Below, in pieces: positions 38,829 to 48,894 of a DNA stretch of 64,000 bases. Source of the DNA: a virus. Below the pieces are notes generated by a model. The model was not told the DNA's origin and did not search any database. It saw only the letters and a list, made by a program, of their open reading frames with translations. The DNA is taken from IMG/VR virus record IMGVR_UViG_3300043811_000226. One strand, 5' to 3'. Both the position numbers and the translations under genes were made by a program. Position 1 is the stretch's first letter. Each line of letters begins with the position of its first letter.

Positions 38829-40829
38829 TTACCTTCTTCCGAACAGGCGCATGACCCGGTCCGTCAACGACGGCCGGTCGGCCGCGGCGGTCTTGGCGGG
38901 CAGGTGGCCACGCTGAAGGAGCGGGCTGTGGGGGGTACCCTCGCCCGCGTTCACGAAGTTCTGACGCATGAGGGCCTGCTCCGCCGGCGCCGTCGTCTTG
39001 GGGCTGTCGAAGATGCGCTCGAGCAGGCTGCCGCGTCCGTCGCGCGCCTCCTGCAGGGCGGCCTGTCCGTACACGTCCGGGTAGCCGTTGTGTCCCTCGG
39101 CGGGCTTGTCACCCCAACGGGCGTCCAACGTCCCCGGAGAGCGGTCGCCCGGCGGCGTGCGCACATCGGCCACGCCCTTCTGCGTCTCGTCCTCGTTGGT
39201 CTTCGGTGCGTCCGCGCCCTTGGACATGGCCTGCTTCAATGCGTCGACGCTCATGATTCACTCCGTTTGGGTCATTCTACTACGCCGCCGCGGGTCCCGC
39301 GAAGCGCAGAGCCGAAGGCCTGCAGCGGACCCTTGTAGCCCTCGAGCTCCCTACGGGTCACGTCCAGCGCTGCCTCGGTGTCTTTCAAGGACCGCTCGAG
39401 ATCCTGCTTCTCGAGCTCGAGCTTCTTGATGCGCTGGTTCATGACCGAGAGTACTTCCACATGGAAGTCGTTCGACGAGAAGACGCGGAAGCCTTCCCGG
39501 AACCGCTTCAAGATCTCGTTCCAGAGCTCCTCGTCGACCACACCGCACGTCAGCGTGAGTTCAGCGCGGAACTTCTCCCCCTCGGCAATCGCCTGCACGG
39601 CAGCCGAGTGCTTGAACCAGAACGTGATGCCAGCGACTTGTTCTTCATGCTCGTTGCTCACTTGTCCTCCGTGGCGTAGAGCTCACCCAGCAGCTGGATG
39701 TGGTTGCTGTTGAACGCGTCCACCGTGTTGCGTGCGAGAAGCACGCTTCCAAAAGCCTTGCCGATAGAAGTGGCCCTTCTTCGGTCTCCCTTCGCGTACC
39801 GCGTAGCCTCTACAAGAAGCTTCTTGGTGGGCGTGTACACGTCCGGCGTAAGAAACCTCCCCGGCATCACGTACTCGGCATAACGGATGTTGAGGTGCTG
39901 GCGAAGTGTCTCAACTACACCGAGCAGGTCGCGTGTCGATTCTCGCGCGAGCTTCGCACTCTCACCCGCGCTGAGGAGCTTGTCTGCACGGGCCGTAGGG
40001 CCTGTGGACGACCACGATAGGAAGTGGTTCGCCAGGTCCGCCGAAGACACGACACAGAAGGCCACGCGAAGTTTCTCTGTAGCTGGCGACAGCGGGTGCG
40101 GGGGGATGGGTTCCGCCTTGGAAGCCGCCACGAGGATCTTCTTGGCCAGCTGGTCGCCGAGCTTGAACTCGAACTTCGGCGGGGGCTGGCCCCCGATAGA
40201 GCGAACTCCTGTGAGCACCTTGCAGTAGGTCACACATGCACCTCGGACATCCTTTCGGCGAACTCCACAAGCTCCTCGGTGGTCTTTCCTACATCAAGCA
40301 GGAAGTAGTAGAAGTCGTGGCCCACGATCTGAGCCCACTTCTCCTTCTGTGCAGCAACGGGGGTCTGGAAGTAGAGACGGGCGCGGCTGATGAGCTCGAG
40401 TGAACGCGACACGAGCGCCTTCATCCGAAGAGCGCGCGTGCCTTGCAGCTGCGATGCACTGCGTCCTGAGTCGGTCATCTCGTGCTCGGCGACTTCCACA
40501 TTGGATGCTTCCACAGCCGCGCGAAGGGCCGATTCGAACGCGCTGAGCTTGTGGTCGTCAAGGACGGGCCGGTCTTCCGGACTGGCCATGCCCTGCACTA
40601 AGACCGGGTCGAGTCGCTCGAGCACGAGGTTCGCCGAGACGTAGCAAGCCCACGACACCCGGTACGTCGTCATGGCAGGCGTGTTGTCCCCCTCACGGCA
40701 CTTCTCACTGGCGGCGCGCAGTCGCGCAGCAAGGTCGACGTGAAGCAGCTCCGAGCGCTTGAGGTACTCGTTGACGCTGTCGCAGTAACCCCACGCGAAA
40801 GGGTCGAACGTCCACGGTCGCTCGATCAT
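38829..40829 (-). other. four hypothetical CDSs (38829-39254, 39272-39661, 39658-40233, 40230-40829)
   Basis: Coupled overlaps, RBSs. Confidence 0.6.
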
Positions 40830-40860
40830 GAAGTCCTCCTGAGGATGTACTCCCTCAGGT

Positions 40861-40889
40861 TCTTATCCCACGTCTGCTGCTACTTTAGC
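40861..40889 (-). promoter_or_regulatory. phage bipartite promoter-like motif
   Basis: GCTAAAG-N-GTGGGATAAGA. Confidence 0.6.
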
Positions 40890-42457
40890 GCGACGCCTTT
40901 GTCTCCACCGATGGTGCTCTTGAACGCGCCGGGGATGCCAACACCGAACCTGGCGCCGCGAGGCTTGGCGATCTGGGCGATGGAGGGGCCAGGTGGCGGG
41001 GAGGCCTTGGGGGCGCCTACGCTCTGGGTCTTGGCGAGCTGGCCGGCCGGCGTGAGCCCAGCCGCCCCACCTTCCTTGCGCAGCTGCTCCACGAAACGCG
41101 CGAGCTCGGCGGTCGACATCGCGTACTTGCTGCGCTTGAAGTCGCTCTGGCTGTAGGTGAGGTTGTCGGGAAGAAACGCGTCAGCTTTCTCCTTGCCCTG
41201 CTCCTTCTGCAGGAGGTTGCCCTCGCCTTTGCTCTTGCCGTTCTCGTCGACCTCGATGACCGCATCACCCTCGAGCTTGACCAGCTTGCCAGCATACTTC
41301 GAGGTGTTCTCAGGTTGCGGGTTGTGGATGTTGTCGGTCGGACCGGTCGGCATCGAGGTCTCGCCACTGTTCTTCTGGATGGCGCGGTCCAACCGCGGCG
41401 CGCGGAAGGGCGGCAGGTCGCTCGCCATCATGAAGTTGCCGCGGGTCGGTGCACTGGCAGCAGCCTTCTGCTTCTCATCCATGGCCTTGCGTGCTGTGAG
41501 CGCGCCGTAACGACCGAGTAGTCCTGCCCCAGTAGCCACACCAGAAGTAGTTGCTGCCAGATGTCCGGCAATAGCAGGGTCTAGAGCACCGAGCAGTAGA
41601 GTGGAAGGTGCCAACGGAATGAGCATCTCTTTGCCCATACCAGCGGAGGACTTAGAGGCCTGTCGTAGTACATCCTTCGACCTCTTACCGGAGCGTGCAG
41701 CCTGTTCACCAAGACTCGTCTGGTGACTCTCCGTACCACGTAGCGCAGCCTCCCCAGCAAGTGCTCCCAGTCCAGCTCCAGCCAGACCACCAATAAGACC
41801 AGCGCGAGGACTGAAAGAGCCGACCTGGTAACCAAGCGCCCCCAAGGGAACAGTGGTCATCAGGTGCGCGCCAAGGCGACCCTTCCAGCGCTGTGGTTCT
41901 GCATTCGGGTCGTCCTTCTCATCGCTCAGCAGCATGCGCCCTGCAAGACCTGCTGCGAGCGCTCCACCGGCGAGGTTGGCCGCTCCTCCCGGAACGTGCA
42001 GTGAACCTGCCGGTGCAGGGGAAGGTCCAGCAGAGCGCGCCCTTGCACGGCCGACCGAAGCGCCTTCGTTGAAGCCTGGCTTGTACTTCTCCTTGGCCAG
42101 GTTCAGGAACTTCTCCTGGACCTTCGGGGAGAGGCCCTCGGTCTCCATCATCTTCTTGAACTCGGTGTGGCTGCCACCCTTCGCGAGGTGCGGGCCGCCG
42201 ACTTGTTCCCACCACTGCCCAACGCCCATCGCCGCGAGCTTGTCGAGGAAGTCGAACCCCTCGAGCAGCGCCGCCATCCCCGCCTTGGTCAGGTCACCAT
42301 TGCCAGGTCCCACCATCGGCGTCACCGCACCACTGTTCTTCTGGATGGCCGTGCGCAGCTGCGGCGCCTTGAAGGGCGGCAGTACACTCGCCCCGCTACG
42401 GATGTCTGGGTTGAGCGGAGTCGAGTACTGGCTGGTGGAGAAGGCGAGCTTGGCCAT
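40880..42457 (-). CDS. probable internal head/ejection protein with Gly-zipper helices and an internal duplication
   Basis: LPPF[K/R]AP.L..AIQKNSG occurs twice; GxxxG hydrophobic tracts. Confidence 0.55.
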   Translation of the reverse strand: MAKLAFSTSQYSTPLNPDIRSGASVLPPFKAPQLRTAIQKNSGAVTPMVGPGNGDLTKAGMAALLEGFDFLDKLAAMGVGQWWEQVGGPHLAKGGSHTEFKKMMETEGLSPKVQEKFLNLAKEKYKPGFNEGASVGRARARSAGPSPAPAGSLHVPGGAANLAGGALAAGLAGRMLLSDEKDDPNAEPQRWKGRLGAHLMTTVPLGALGYQVGSFSPRAGLIGGLAGAGLGALAGEAALRGTESHQTSLGEQAARSGKRSKDVLRQASKSSAGMGKEMLIPLAPSTLLLGALDPAIAGHLAATTSGVATGAGLLGRYGALTARKAMDEKQKAAASAPTRGNFMMASDLPPFRAPRLDRAIQKNSGETSMPTGPTDNIHNPQPENTSKYAGKLVKLEGDAVIEVDENGKSKGEGNLLQKEQGKEKADAFLPDNLTYSQSDFKRSKYAMSTAELARFVEQLRKEGGAAGLTPAGQLAKTQSVGAPKASPPPGPSIAQIAKPRGARFGVGIPGAFKSTIGGDKGVALK

Positions 42458-42459
42458 GC

Positions 42460-42666
42460 CTAGGTCTGCGTCAGTCCGCATCGTTCGCAGACGGGAGCAC
42501 CGGACGGGATGGTGCTCGCAGTCTGCTTCTCCGGAAACTGAAGCTCGCATAAGGCCTTCACGAGTGCGTTCTTCTGATCCGGACGCGGGATGATCTGTGC
42601 CACCTCGTGCCAGACGCCCAAGGCACCGGGGTGCTGCGAGTATTGCGGATCGGCCATCGTAGTCAC
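42460..42666 (-). CDS. small Cys-containing hypothetical protein
   Basis: ORF between structural genes. Confidence 0.5.
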   Translation of the reverse strand: MTTMADPQYSQHPGALGVWHEVAQIIPRPDQKNALVKALCELQFPEKQTASTIPSGAPVCERCGLTQT

Positions 42667-42667
42667 C

Positions 42668-44314
42668 TCAGTAGTACGTGTCGTAGTGGCTGATCGTACG
42701 CTCGATCATGAACGTCCAGACGGTGTTGTTGGAGCTGGTCGTCTGCGTGACCGTTCCGCTCAGGACGCCGCCAGACATGCTCAGCGAAAAACCGAGCCCG
42801 TTCGTCGTGGCGAGTGCGTTTAGCTTCGGGCTGTCGTCCATGTCGACGGGGTCTCCGCTGATCAGTGTCCCGTCCATCTGCACGCGCGCCCTCTTCTTGA
42901 ACCATGCGAACAGGTTTCCGCTGTAGTGAAAGCCCGTCGCCAGTGCCGTGATCGTGTACTCGACCGTGACCTCCGCCAGGGAGACGTCCACCGGCTGCAG
43001 CGCGATCGCGATCACCGGAGTAACCCCCGAGTTGGTCAGCGCGCGGCTGAACGACCTCCGGTACAGGGGTCCGTCCCCTTGATAGGGGTACAGCGCCGCC
43101 AGCTTGACGTTCCCGCTCGTCTTCGTCGCGACGTACATCGTTCCGTCGGCAGAAACCGCGATACCTCGTGACACTCCAGTGGTCGGTCCCAGACCCTGCA
43201 GGAACCGGAGGTTGTCGGGGCTGTACCTATTGAAGCCGTGGATGGCGGACACCCAGATCGAGTACCCGTCAAACTTGATCCTCGACCCAGGATTGAAGGT
43301 GTCCGTGATCGAGGCGACCAGGCTCCCGTCGCTAGCCGACAGCTTCGCTAGGACCCCCGTCGACGGGTTCAGCGTCCAGATGAAGGCGCCGTCGAAGAGC
43401 ATGTCCGTGACACCGATGGTACCGGCATTGCTGATGTCGCCGCCGACCTGCGTAAGGCTCCCGTCGGTCGTGGTCGTCGAGTACTTGCGGATCTTGCTGG
43501 TCCCCGTGAAGGACACCCAGACGTTGTCGTTGTTGTCCTTGCAGATCGCCGTAGGGTTCTCGGCGACCGTTAGTGGAGTGGAAAAGCTGCCTCCGAAGAG
43601 GAGATCCGCGTAGACCTTGCCAGCCGATGGCGCTGTCCAGAAGAACTGAATCTGTCCGTCCTGATCCACGACAACGACTCGGCCGCCCGTCCAGTCCTCA
43701 CCGCCGGCCAGGTGCTGCAGCACGCTGAAGTTGTCAGCGTTGAGGCACCCGTCGGCCCACACGTCGAGCCCGCCCTTGCCGACGGTCACGATCCCGAAGT
43801 AGCTCCCCTCAAGGATGGGACCGAAGACGACGAGGTCGTCCGGGTTGTGCGGCCCAGCCAGCGACCCGAGCTTCTCCATCCTCTGGCCGCCGATGTCGTA
43901 GGACCAAAGCTCACCTTCGCCGGCGCCCGTTCCAGCCAAGTACAGCTTGTTCGGACCCTCCTTGCTGAGGTCGAGCAGTCCGATGCCAGCTCCACAGAAC
44001 AGGCCCTCCCCACCGTCTCCGAGACCGGTGTCGATCAGCCACGGAAGGGTGTTATCCGTACCTCCCATCCAGAGGTTCGCTCCGAGCGGTCCTGCGCGCA
44101 CCGCTGAACCGTTGTCTCCAGCTGGGGCTCCGCCACCTCCACTAGGAGTCGCCCAATCTGCTGCCGACGAACTCGTCGCCGTTAGAACTTGCCCCGTCGA
44201 CGGCGTCCCGCTGACCGCAATGCCATCGAGTTTGGCGACGCCAGGATTCGGGTAGGTACCTGTCAGGTCGCCGCCTGCAGGTCCGCTCGGTGCGCCTCCG
44301 GGAATGAACGTCAT
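42668..44314 (-). CDS. tail fibre/receptor-binding-like protein with beta-propeller repeats
   Basis: GGDLTGTYPNP and GQVL..W N-terminal fibre motifs; repeated FDG..IW blades. Confidence 0.65.
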   Translation of the reverse strand: MTFIPGGAPSGPAGGDLTGTYPNPGVAKLDGIAVSGTPSTGQVLTATSSSAADWATPSGGGGAPAGDNGSAVRAGPLGANLWMGGTDNTLPWLIDTGLGDGGEGLFCGAGIGLLDLSKEGPNKLYLAGTGAGEGELWSYDIGGQRMEKLGSLAGPHNPDDLVVFGPILEGSYFGIVTVGKGGLDVWADGCLNADNFSVLQHLAGGEDWTGGRVVVVDQDGQIQFFWTAPSAGKVYADLLFGGSFSTPLTVAENPTAICKDNNDNVWVSFTGTSKIRKYSTTTTDGSLTQVGGDISNAGTIGVTDMLFDGAFIWTLNPSTGVLAKLSASDGSLVASITDTFNPGSRIKFDGYSIWVSAIHGFNRYSPDNLRFLQGLGPTTGVSRGIAVSADGTMYVATKTSGNVKLAALYPYQGDGPLYRRSFSRALTNSGVTPVIAIALQPVDVSLAEVTVEYTITALATGFHYSGNLFAWFKKRARVQMDGTLISGDPVDMDDSPKLNALATTNGLGFSLSMSGGVLSGTVTQTTSSNNTVWTFMIERTISHYDTYY

Positions 44315-44323
44315 GGTCTCTCC

Positions 44324-44890
44324 TCAATGCCCTGCGGCTGCACGCGCTGCCTGGAACGCCTTGAAGCTGCCCTTCGGGGGCGGCTGACGTGCCGTCTGCG
44401 CGAACTGCGCCACGCGCTGAAGCTTACCCGCAATGAGGTCCGGCGTACCGGGGATGGGCGTCGTCAGGGCATTCTTCGCAGCGCCGACGAAGTCTCCGAG
44501 CACGCCGGCGTGCTTGGCGATGGCCTCGAGCTCGTCGGTGAACCCGGCCAGGGCGTATTTGCCGAGCGGCGAGACATGCTGGAGCGAGTCGGGAACATGG
44601 AACGCACCGTCTCGCTTGAAGAGACCCGCGAGCCATTCGTCGTGCGTGTGAGCACCCACAGGACGGAAGTCGAGCCCGTAGTTGATGCGCATGCCTGCAG
44701 TCTTCACGTCATCACCTGGAGTCTTGTAGATGCTCTTCGCATGCGCACGACCTTCGGTGGTCCCGTAGCCTTTAGGACTCTTTCCCAAGGCATGGCTTTG
44801 ATTCGTAGCAATGCCGAACGCCTCGGACTTCGGCATGTCCGGGTTCTTTTCAAGCAGTCTCTCGGCACGAGCATGGATCCAAGCAGGCAT
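44324..44890 (-). CDS. probable virion/head protein
   Basis: MPAWIH.RA..L..KNP.M..S.AF.IAT; FTDELEAIA motif. Confidence 0.6.
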   Translation of the reverse strand: MPAWIHARAERLLEKNPDMPKSEAFGIATNQSHALGKSPKGYGTTEGRAHAKSIYKTPGDDVKTAGMRINYGLDFRPVGAHTHDEWLAGLFKRDGAFHVPDSLQHVSPLGKYALAGFTDELEAIAKHAGVLGDFVGAAKNALTTPIPGTPDLIAGKLQRVAQFAQTARQPPPKGSFKAFQAARAAAGH

Positions 44891-45651
44891 TACTTTCTGC
44901 TCCTCTTCTTCAGCAGCGAGTAGACCGTATGGTACGGCCTGCCTAAAGCATCCGCTATTTCTCGGTACGTGTGCCCTTCATTATGTAGCCGCTGCAGTTC
45001 GAGTAGCTCGTCAGACTGCACGTAGCGATTGCGCCTTGTTCTGAACGTCGGCGCCCACTTATGCGACAGCTCCGGCACCGGGCATGGACCGATCCATGAA
45101 AGCCACTTCGCGACGTCGTCAACACCTAGTTCAATACGTGGGTGCTTCTTTCTGGAGTACCGAAGCCGCGGTCTGAAGCCACATAGCTCCAGTTGCTTCA
45201 ACAGTCTACGCACAGAAAGGTCGTCGAAGCCGTCTGTGCAGAAAACAATCCTGGGGTTCTGCTTGTGTAGCGAGCCGTCACCTACATACCAGTGAAGTGC
45301 AGCCAGCGGAGAGAGTACAAAGTCAGCAGGAACGATCTTCTTCTTACCAACGTACCAGCGACTACGGACAGCACTTAGCGCCGGACAGCGCTTTGAAAAA
45401 GACTGCCACATCGTTTGTGGTTTCTTGTTGAACTTACCTGGCTTTCGTATGAAGCGTGTAGGAGTACCACCTAGCCTGTGCAGAGCAGCAAAGGCATACG
45501 CGGCCTGGCCCTGGTATGCTGTCTGTAGTTGGAAGCGCGCGTTGGTGTACCGCCTACCGATTACCAAGGAGCCGTCACCAAGGAGCTCACCCTCAAGTGT
45601 GGCAAGCTCGCAAGCTGTGAGAACTAAGCTGGTCAGTGTGGATGCAGGCAT
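44890..45651 (-). CDS. free-standing LAGLIDADG homing endonuclease
   Basis: Two motifs, LEGELLGDGSL and LHWYVGDGS; C-terminal HTH. Confidence 0.88.
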   Translation of the reverse strand: MPASTLTSLVLTACELATLEGELLGDGSLVIGRRYTNARFQLQTAYQGQAAYAFAALHRLGGTPTRFIRKPGKFNKKPQTMWQSFSKRCPALSAVRSRWYVGKKKIVPADFVLSPLAALHWYVGDGSLHKQNPRIVFCTDGFDDLSVRRLLKQLELCGFRPRLRYSRKKHPRIELGVDDVAKWLSWIGPCPVPELSHKWAPTFRTRRNRYVQSDELLELQRLHNEGHTYREIADALGRPYHTVYSLLKKRSRK

Positions 45652-45655
45652 CGCA

Positions 45656-46057
45656 TCACCTCGAGAAACCAGAAGGGGTTGGTGCGTCGGTCATGGCGCC
45701 CTGGTTCTTGTCGTACTGACCTTCGTGCACCTGGCCCATGTACTTCTTCAAGCGCCCCATCTCCGCGCGCTGGTCGAGCGAGCTGCGGAAGAGTGGCATC
45801 GCGCCCATCCCGATGGCACCCGCCGCCGCCGCGCCACCAAGACTCCGACCCACAGGCAGACGACCGTGCTCAATGCTGTGGCTGACCGCCTTGCCGACCG
45901 CGCCGGCGCCCGCACCAAGCACCCCGTAGCGCGCAACTTGCCCTCCCGTCGGCTTGTTCTTCTCGAGTGACTCGAGTCGATCAAGCGACGCACGCGCCTG
46001 CTCATCGGAGATGACTCCTAGTTTCACAAGTTCGTCGAGGAAGGCGACTTTGTTCAT
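45656..46057 (-). CDS. probable internal head protein
   Basis: AFLDELVKLG; Gly/Ala hydrophobic segments. Confidence 0.6.
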   Translation of the reverse strand: MNKVAFLDELVKLGVISDEQARASLDRLESLEKNKPTGGQVARYGVLGAGAGAVGKAVSHSIEHGRLPVGRSLGGAAAAGAIGMGAMPLFRSSLDQRAEMGRLKKYMGQVHEGQYDKNQGAMTDAPTPSGFSR

Positions 46058-46569
46058 GCCGCGTGCTTCTTGCCATTGCCGAGCAGCATCTCCGGAATAG
46101 ACCCAGCGCCGTAACCCATGGCGGCGCCAGACAGAGGGTTCTTGCCGAGGCCACCTGCCAGTGCAGCACCCGCCGTTGCGCCGATGGCAGGACCTGCTTC
46201 AGCCAGCCCGGAATGCAGCGCCTTGCCCACGTCGAACGCTGCTTCCTTGACGAAGGCAGCGGCCACCTTGAACACACCAACGTCGACGCCCGCTGCCTTC
46301 TTCTCCTTCACCATCCCCGGGAACTTGCGCGCGACGTCCTTGCGCACCTCGGAGAGGTCCTTCTTGTCGTGGTGCATGGCCGCAAGTCCAAGCGCGGCCT
46401 TGGCGTGCGCTCTGTCCTCGATGGGGTAGGCCGGCTTGCCTGTATTGGAGGCCTTCGCACTGACAGCGAAGTCTTTATTCGGAAGGTCAGCGCGCGCCGA
46501 TGGAGTCAGGTCGGCTGCGATCTTCGTGAGCTCGTCGAGAAACCCGCTCTTCACCGTAATGAGGTCCAT
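46054..46569 (-). CDS. DUF6582-like head-associated protein
   Basis: R.DLP..DFA...YPIEDRAHAKAAL; FLDELTKIAA. Confidence 0.6.
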   Translation of the reverse strand: MDLITVKSGFLDELTKIAADLTPSARADLPNKDFAVSAKASNTGKPAYPIEDRAHAKAALGLAAMHHDKKDLSEVRKDVARKFPGMVKEKKAAGVDVGVFKVAAAFVKEAAFDVGKALHSGLAEAGPAIGATAGAALAGGLGKNPLSGAAMGYGAGSIPEMLLGNGKKHAA

Positions 46570-46579
46570 CGTTGTTCTC

Positions 46580-47632
46580 CTACACTTGAACCGCTCGCCG
46601 CCCAAAGCGCGAGCTCAATGCGTCCACACCCGCTGCCCCCGCAGACCCTGCCGCACTACGCAGCATGCTACCCATCACATCAGCACCCATAGCCACACCA
46701 GGAGCGGCTGACCCAGCGACACCTGCCAGCTGCGGCAAGGCCTTGGTCAGCGCCGCGTGCGCTGTCCCTTGCGGGTTGAGCTTTGCCGCGCGAGACGCCG
46801 CGTGCCCAAGACCAGTCGCGCCCACCTCGGCGAGAGTGCCCGCCGGGTTGACCACGTGCAAGGCTGCCTTGGCCACCGACTTCAAACCACCCGCCTTGAG
46901 GTCCGCTCCCTTGCCGGCAACCGCCTGCCCCACCCCGTAACGCAGACCCCCTGCAGCCCCGGGAGCGGCGGTCTCCATCAGATGCTGGCCGGCGTGCACA
47001 AGTCCATGGCCCGCGGCTCCCGTCTCGATGGGGGCATTGAACGCGTGCACCAACTTGCTGGCGCCGACCATCCCTCCACGCTCGAGGGCACCACCGAGTG
47101 CTGAAGCACCCGAACCGATGGCCTTGCGCGCCAGGCCGATGACGGCCTCTTTGAGCAGCTCCTCGGCCGCAATCTTCTCGAACTCGTCGACGAACGCCGC
47201 CATGACGAGCTCCGCGTGTCCCACCTTGAAGCGCGGAGGAGCCACCGTGCCCGCCGTCTGCGTTACCGACGTCGCAGCAGGGCTGATGTACTTCGTCAGG
47301 CCGAAGTCCCCGGAACCGAAGATGGGGGCCTTGCCTGGCTTGGGGATGTGCAGCGACCCGAGCCCCTTCATTGCCGCCGGCGGCAAGGCGTTGGCGAAGG
47401 CCGAGTCCTTCTCGTCCGCCGCCATCTTCATAGCCGAAGGCATCATCGTGTGCGCGTACTGGTCGGCTGCGTGAAAGCCCGGCATGTGCCCCACCTGCAC
47501 GCCCTTCCACACGCCATTGATCATCGGCGCCTTGCTGGGAGTGGGCAGCCTGCCAAGCGCGCGCGCCGCACCAGACGCGCCCGGAAGCAGGGCGTTGGCG
47601 AAGGCACTGTCCTTCTCTTTGATGGGGGTCAC
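46580..47632 (-). CDS. probable internal head protein
   Basis: DSAFANAL twice; FVDEFEKIAA; Ala/Gly-rich. Confidence 0.6.
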   Translation of the reverse strand: MTPIKEKDSAFANALLPGASGAARALGRLPTPSKAPMINGVWKGVQVGHMPGFHAADQYAHTMMPSAMKMAADEKDSAFANALPPAAMKGLGSLHIPKPGKAPIFGSGDFGLTKYISPAATSVTQTAGTVAPPRFKVGHAELVMAAFVDEFEKIAAEELLKEAVIGLARKAIGSGASALGGALERGGMVGASKLVHAFNAPIETGAAGHGLVHAGQHLMETAAPGAAGGLRYGVGQAVAGKGADLKAGGLKSVAKAALHVVNPAGTLAEVGATGLGHAASRAAKLNPQGTAHAALTKALPQLAGVAGSAAPGVAMGADVMGSMLRSAAGSAGAAGVDALSSRFGRRAVQV

Positions 47633-48258
47633 GTGTGCTCCGCGGGACTGTTGAACGCACCGATGCCAGACGAGTTCTGCGCGAGACCTGTCACCGTGGT
47701 GGCATTGTCTCGTTGGTCGTATCGGTCGACCTTGTTCATGTCGCTGTCGGCCGTGGGAGTGTTGCCCTTCTTCGGCTTGCGCGCGCTCTGGTCATTGGTG
47801 ATGAGACGCCCGGGGGGCTGGGTGATGCGTCCATCAGGAGAGGCCGTATCCATGTTCGCCTGCGTCGGCACGTACCCGGGCTTGGGCGCCGTATTGTTGC
47901 CAGCGCGCATGTCTTCTCCCGTCGTCACGGGAAGCGTCTGAGTGACGGCTCCAGGAACCATGCCGGTCTTCGCCTGCATCGGAATGTTGGTCGGATCCTT
48001 GGTTGGCACCTGACCGGGGCGCTTGGGGGGTTGGGCAGCGCCCGGGTCATCGGCTCCCGAGCCGCGTACGTCCTGTGGGTTGCCTTGGCTATCCGCCTTC
48101 TTCTGCTTGTAGAGCGTCCCGGCGTTGTGCTTTTTGATGAGGTTGTCCACGGAGATGGGCCGTACGCCGGTCCGGCTCTTGGACACCTCTGTCAAACCGT
48201 GCGACGCCGAGATCTTCTCGAGCTCGTCGACCATCGCAGTGAGCTGTGCAGCGTCCAC
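47629..48258 (-). CDS. probable internal head protein
   Basis: MVDELEKISA; low complexity. Confidence 0.55.
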   Translation of the reverse strand: MDAAQLTAMVDELEKISASHGLTEVSKSRTGVRPISVDNLIKKHNAGTLYKQKKADSQGNPQDVRGSGADDPGAAQPPKRPGQVPTKDPTNIPMQAKTGMVPGAVTQTLPVTTGEDMRAGNNTAPKPGYVPTQANMDTASPDGRITQPPGRLITNDQSARKPKKGNTPTADSDMNKVDRYDQRDNATTVTGLAQNSSGIGAFNSPAEHT

Positions 48259-48315
48259 ACGGGAAGATTACCAGCCACATCGCCAGAAGGGGAGGCTGTG
48301 CTAGCCTGAAGTCCC

Positions 48316-48582
48316 ATGAAGCACGGGTGTTTGGGACTTCTGCTTCTTCTGGCCGGCTGCAGTGGTGGTGCGAACGACGTCATCGCCAAGGACGCGAAGA
48401 ACGCGGCGCTCGACGAGCTTCTCATCGAACAGATCTGCGCCCCCGAACTCGACGACGCAGGCACCTGCAAGCCAAGCCAGGTACGCGGGATGGAACGCGC
48501 CGCCTTCTGCGCGAACTCGAACATCCTCTTCAAGTTGAACCAGACGGTGCCCGACTCCGGCATCTCCTGCCCGACGCCATGA
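48316..48582 (+). CDS. small lipoprotein
   Basis: Lipobox LLLLAG-C; extended -10 TGcTAGCCT at 48299-48307. Confidence 0.7.
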   Translation: MKHGCLGLLLLLAGCSGGANDVIAKDAKNAALDELLIEQICAPELDDAGTCKPSQVRGMERAAFCANSNILFKLNQTVPDSGISCPTP

Positions 48583-48854
48583 CCACGGAAGACGAAGAGA
48601 AGGTCTCGGCCCTCATCGCGAAGGCTGCCACGCTCACCGGCATGAGCACCCAAGAGCTGCAGGACTTCCTGTCGATGACGCCGGAGATGCAGAAGCAGGC
48701 CGTACAGACCTACGTCGACGCGGACTGGGTGAAGAACCGAGACACCCTCGCCGACGTCATCTCGGTGCTACAGATCATCGGCACCATCGCAAGTGTGGTC
48801 TCAGGGGTCGCCGGCGCCGCGACGGCAGTGCAGGCCCTGCGTTCTCTTCTTTGA
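48579..48854 (+). CDS. small protein with C-terminal hydrophobic helix
   Basis: ATGA overlap with the lipoprotein gene. Confidence 0.65.
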   Translation: MTTEDEEKVSALIAKAATLTGMSTQELQDFLSMTPEMQKQAVQTYVDADWVKNRDTLADVISVLQIIGTIASVVSGVAGAATAVQALRSLL

Positions 48855-48858
48855 CCCC

Positions 48859-48886
48859 TTGACGCTCAAAGAAGAGGTCTTACGCT
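48859..48886 (+). promoter_or_regulatory. sigma70-like promoter
   Basis: TTGACG-16 nt-TACGCT, 8 nt before the ATG at 48895. Confidence 0.55.
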
Positions 48887-48894
48887 ACCCCTCC

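Noticed and set aside
44890-45651. Group I intron or intein around the LAGLIDADG gene
   Set aside because: Flanking ORFs have their own starts and stops with tight coupling, leaving no room for an intron core.
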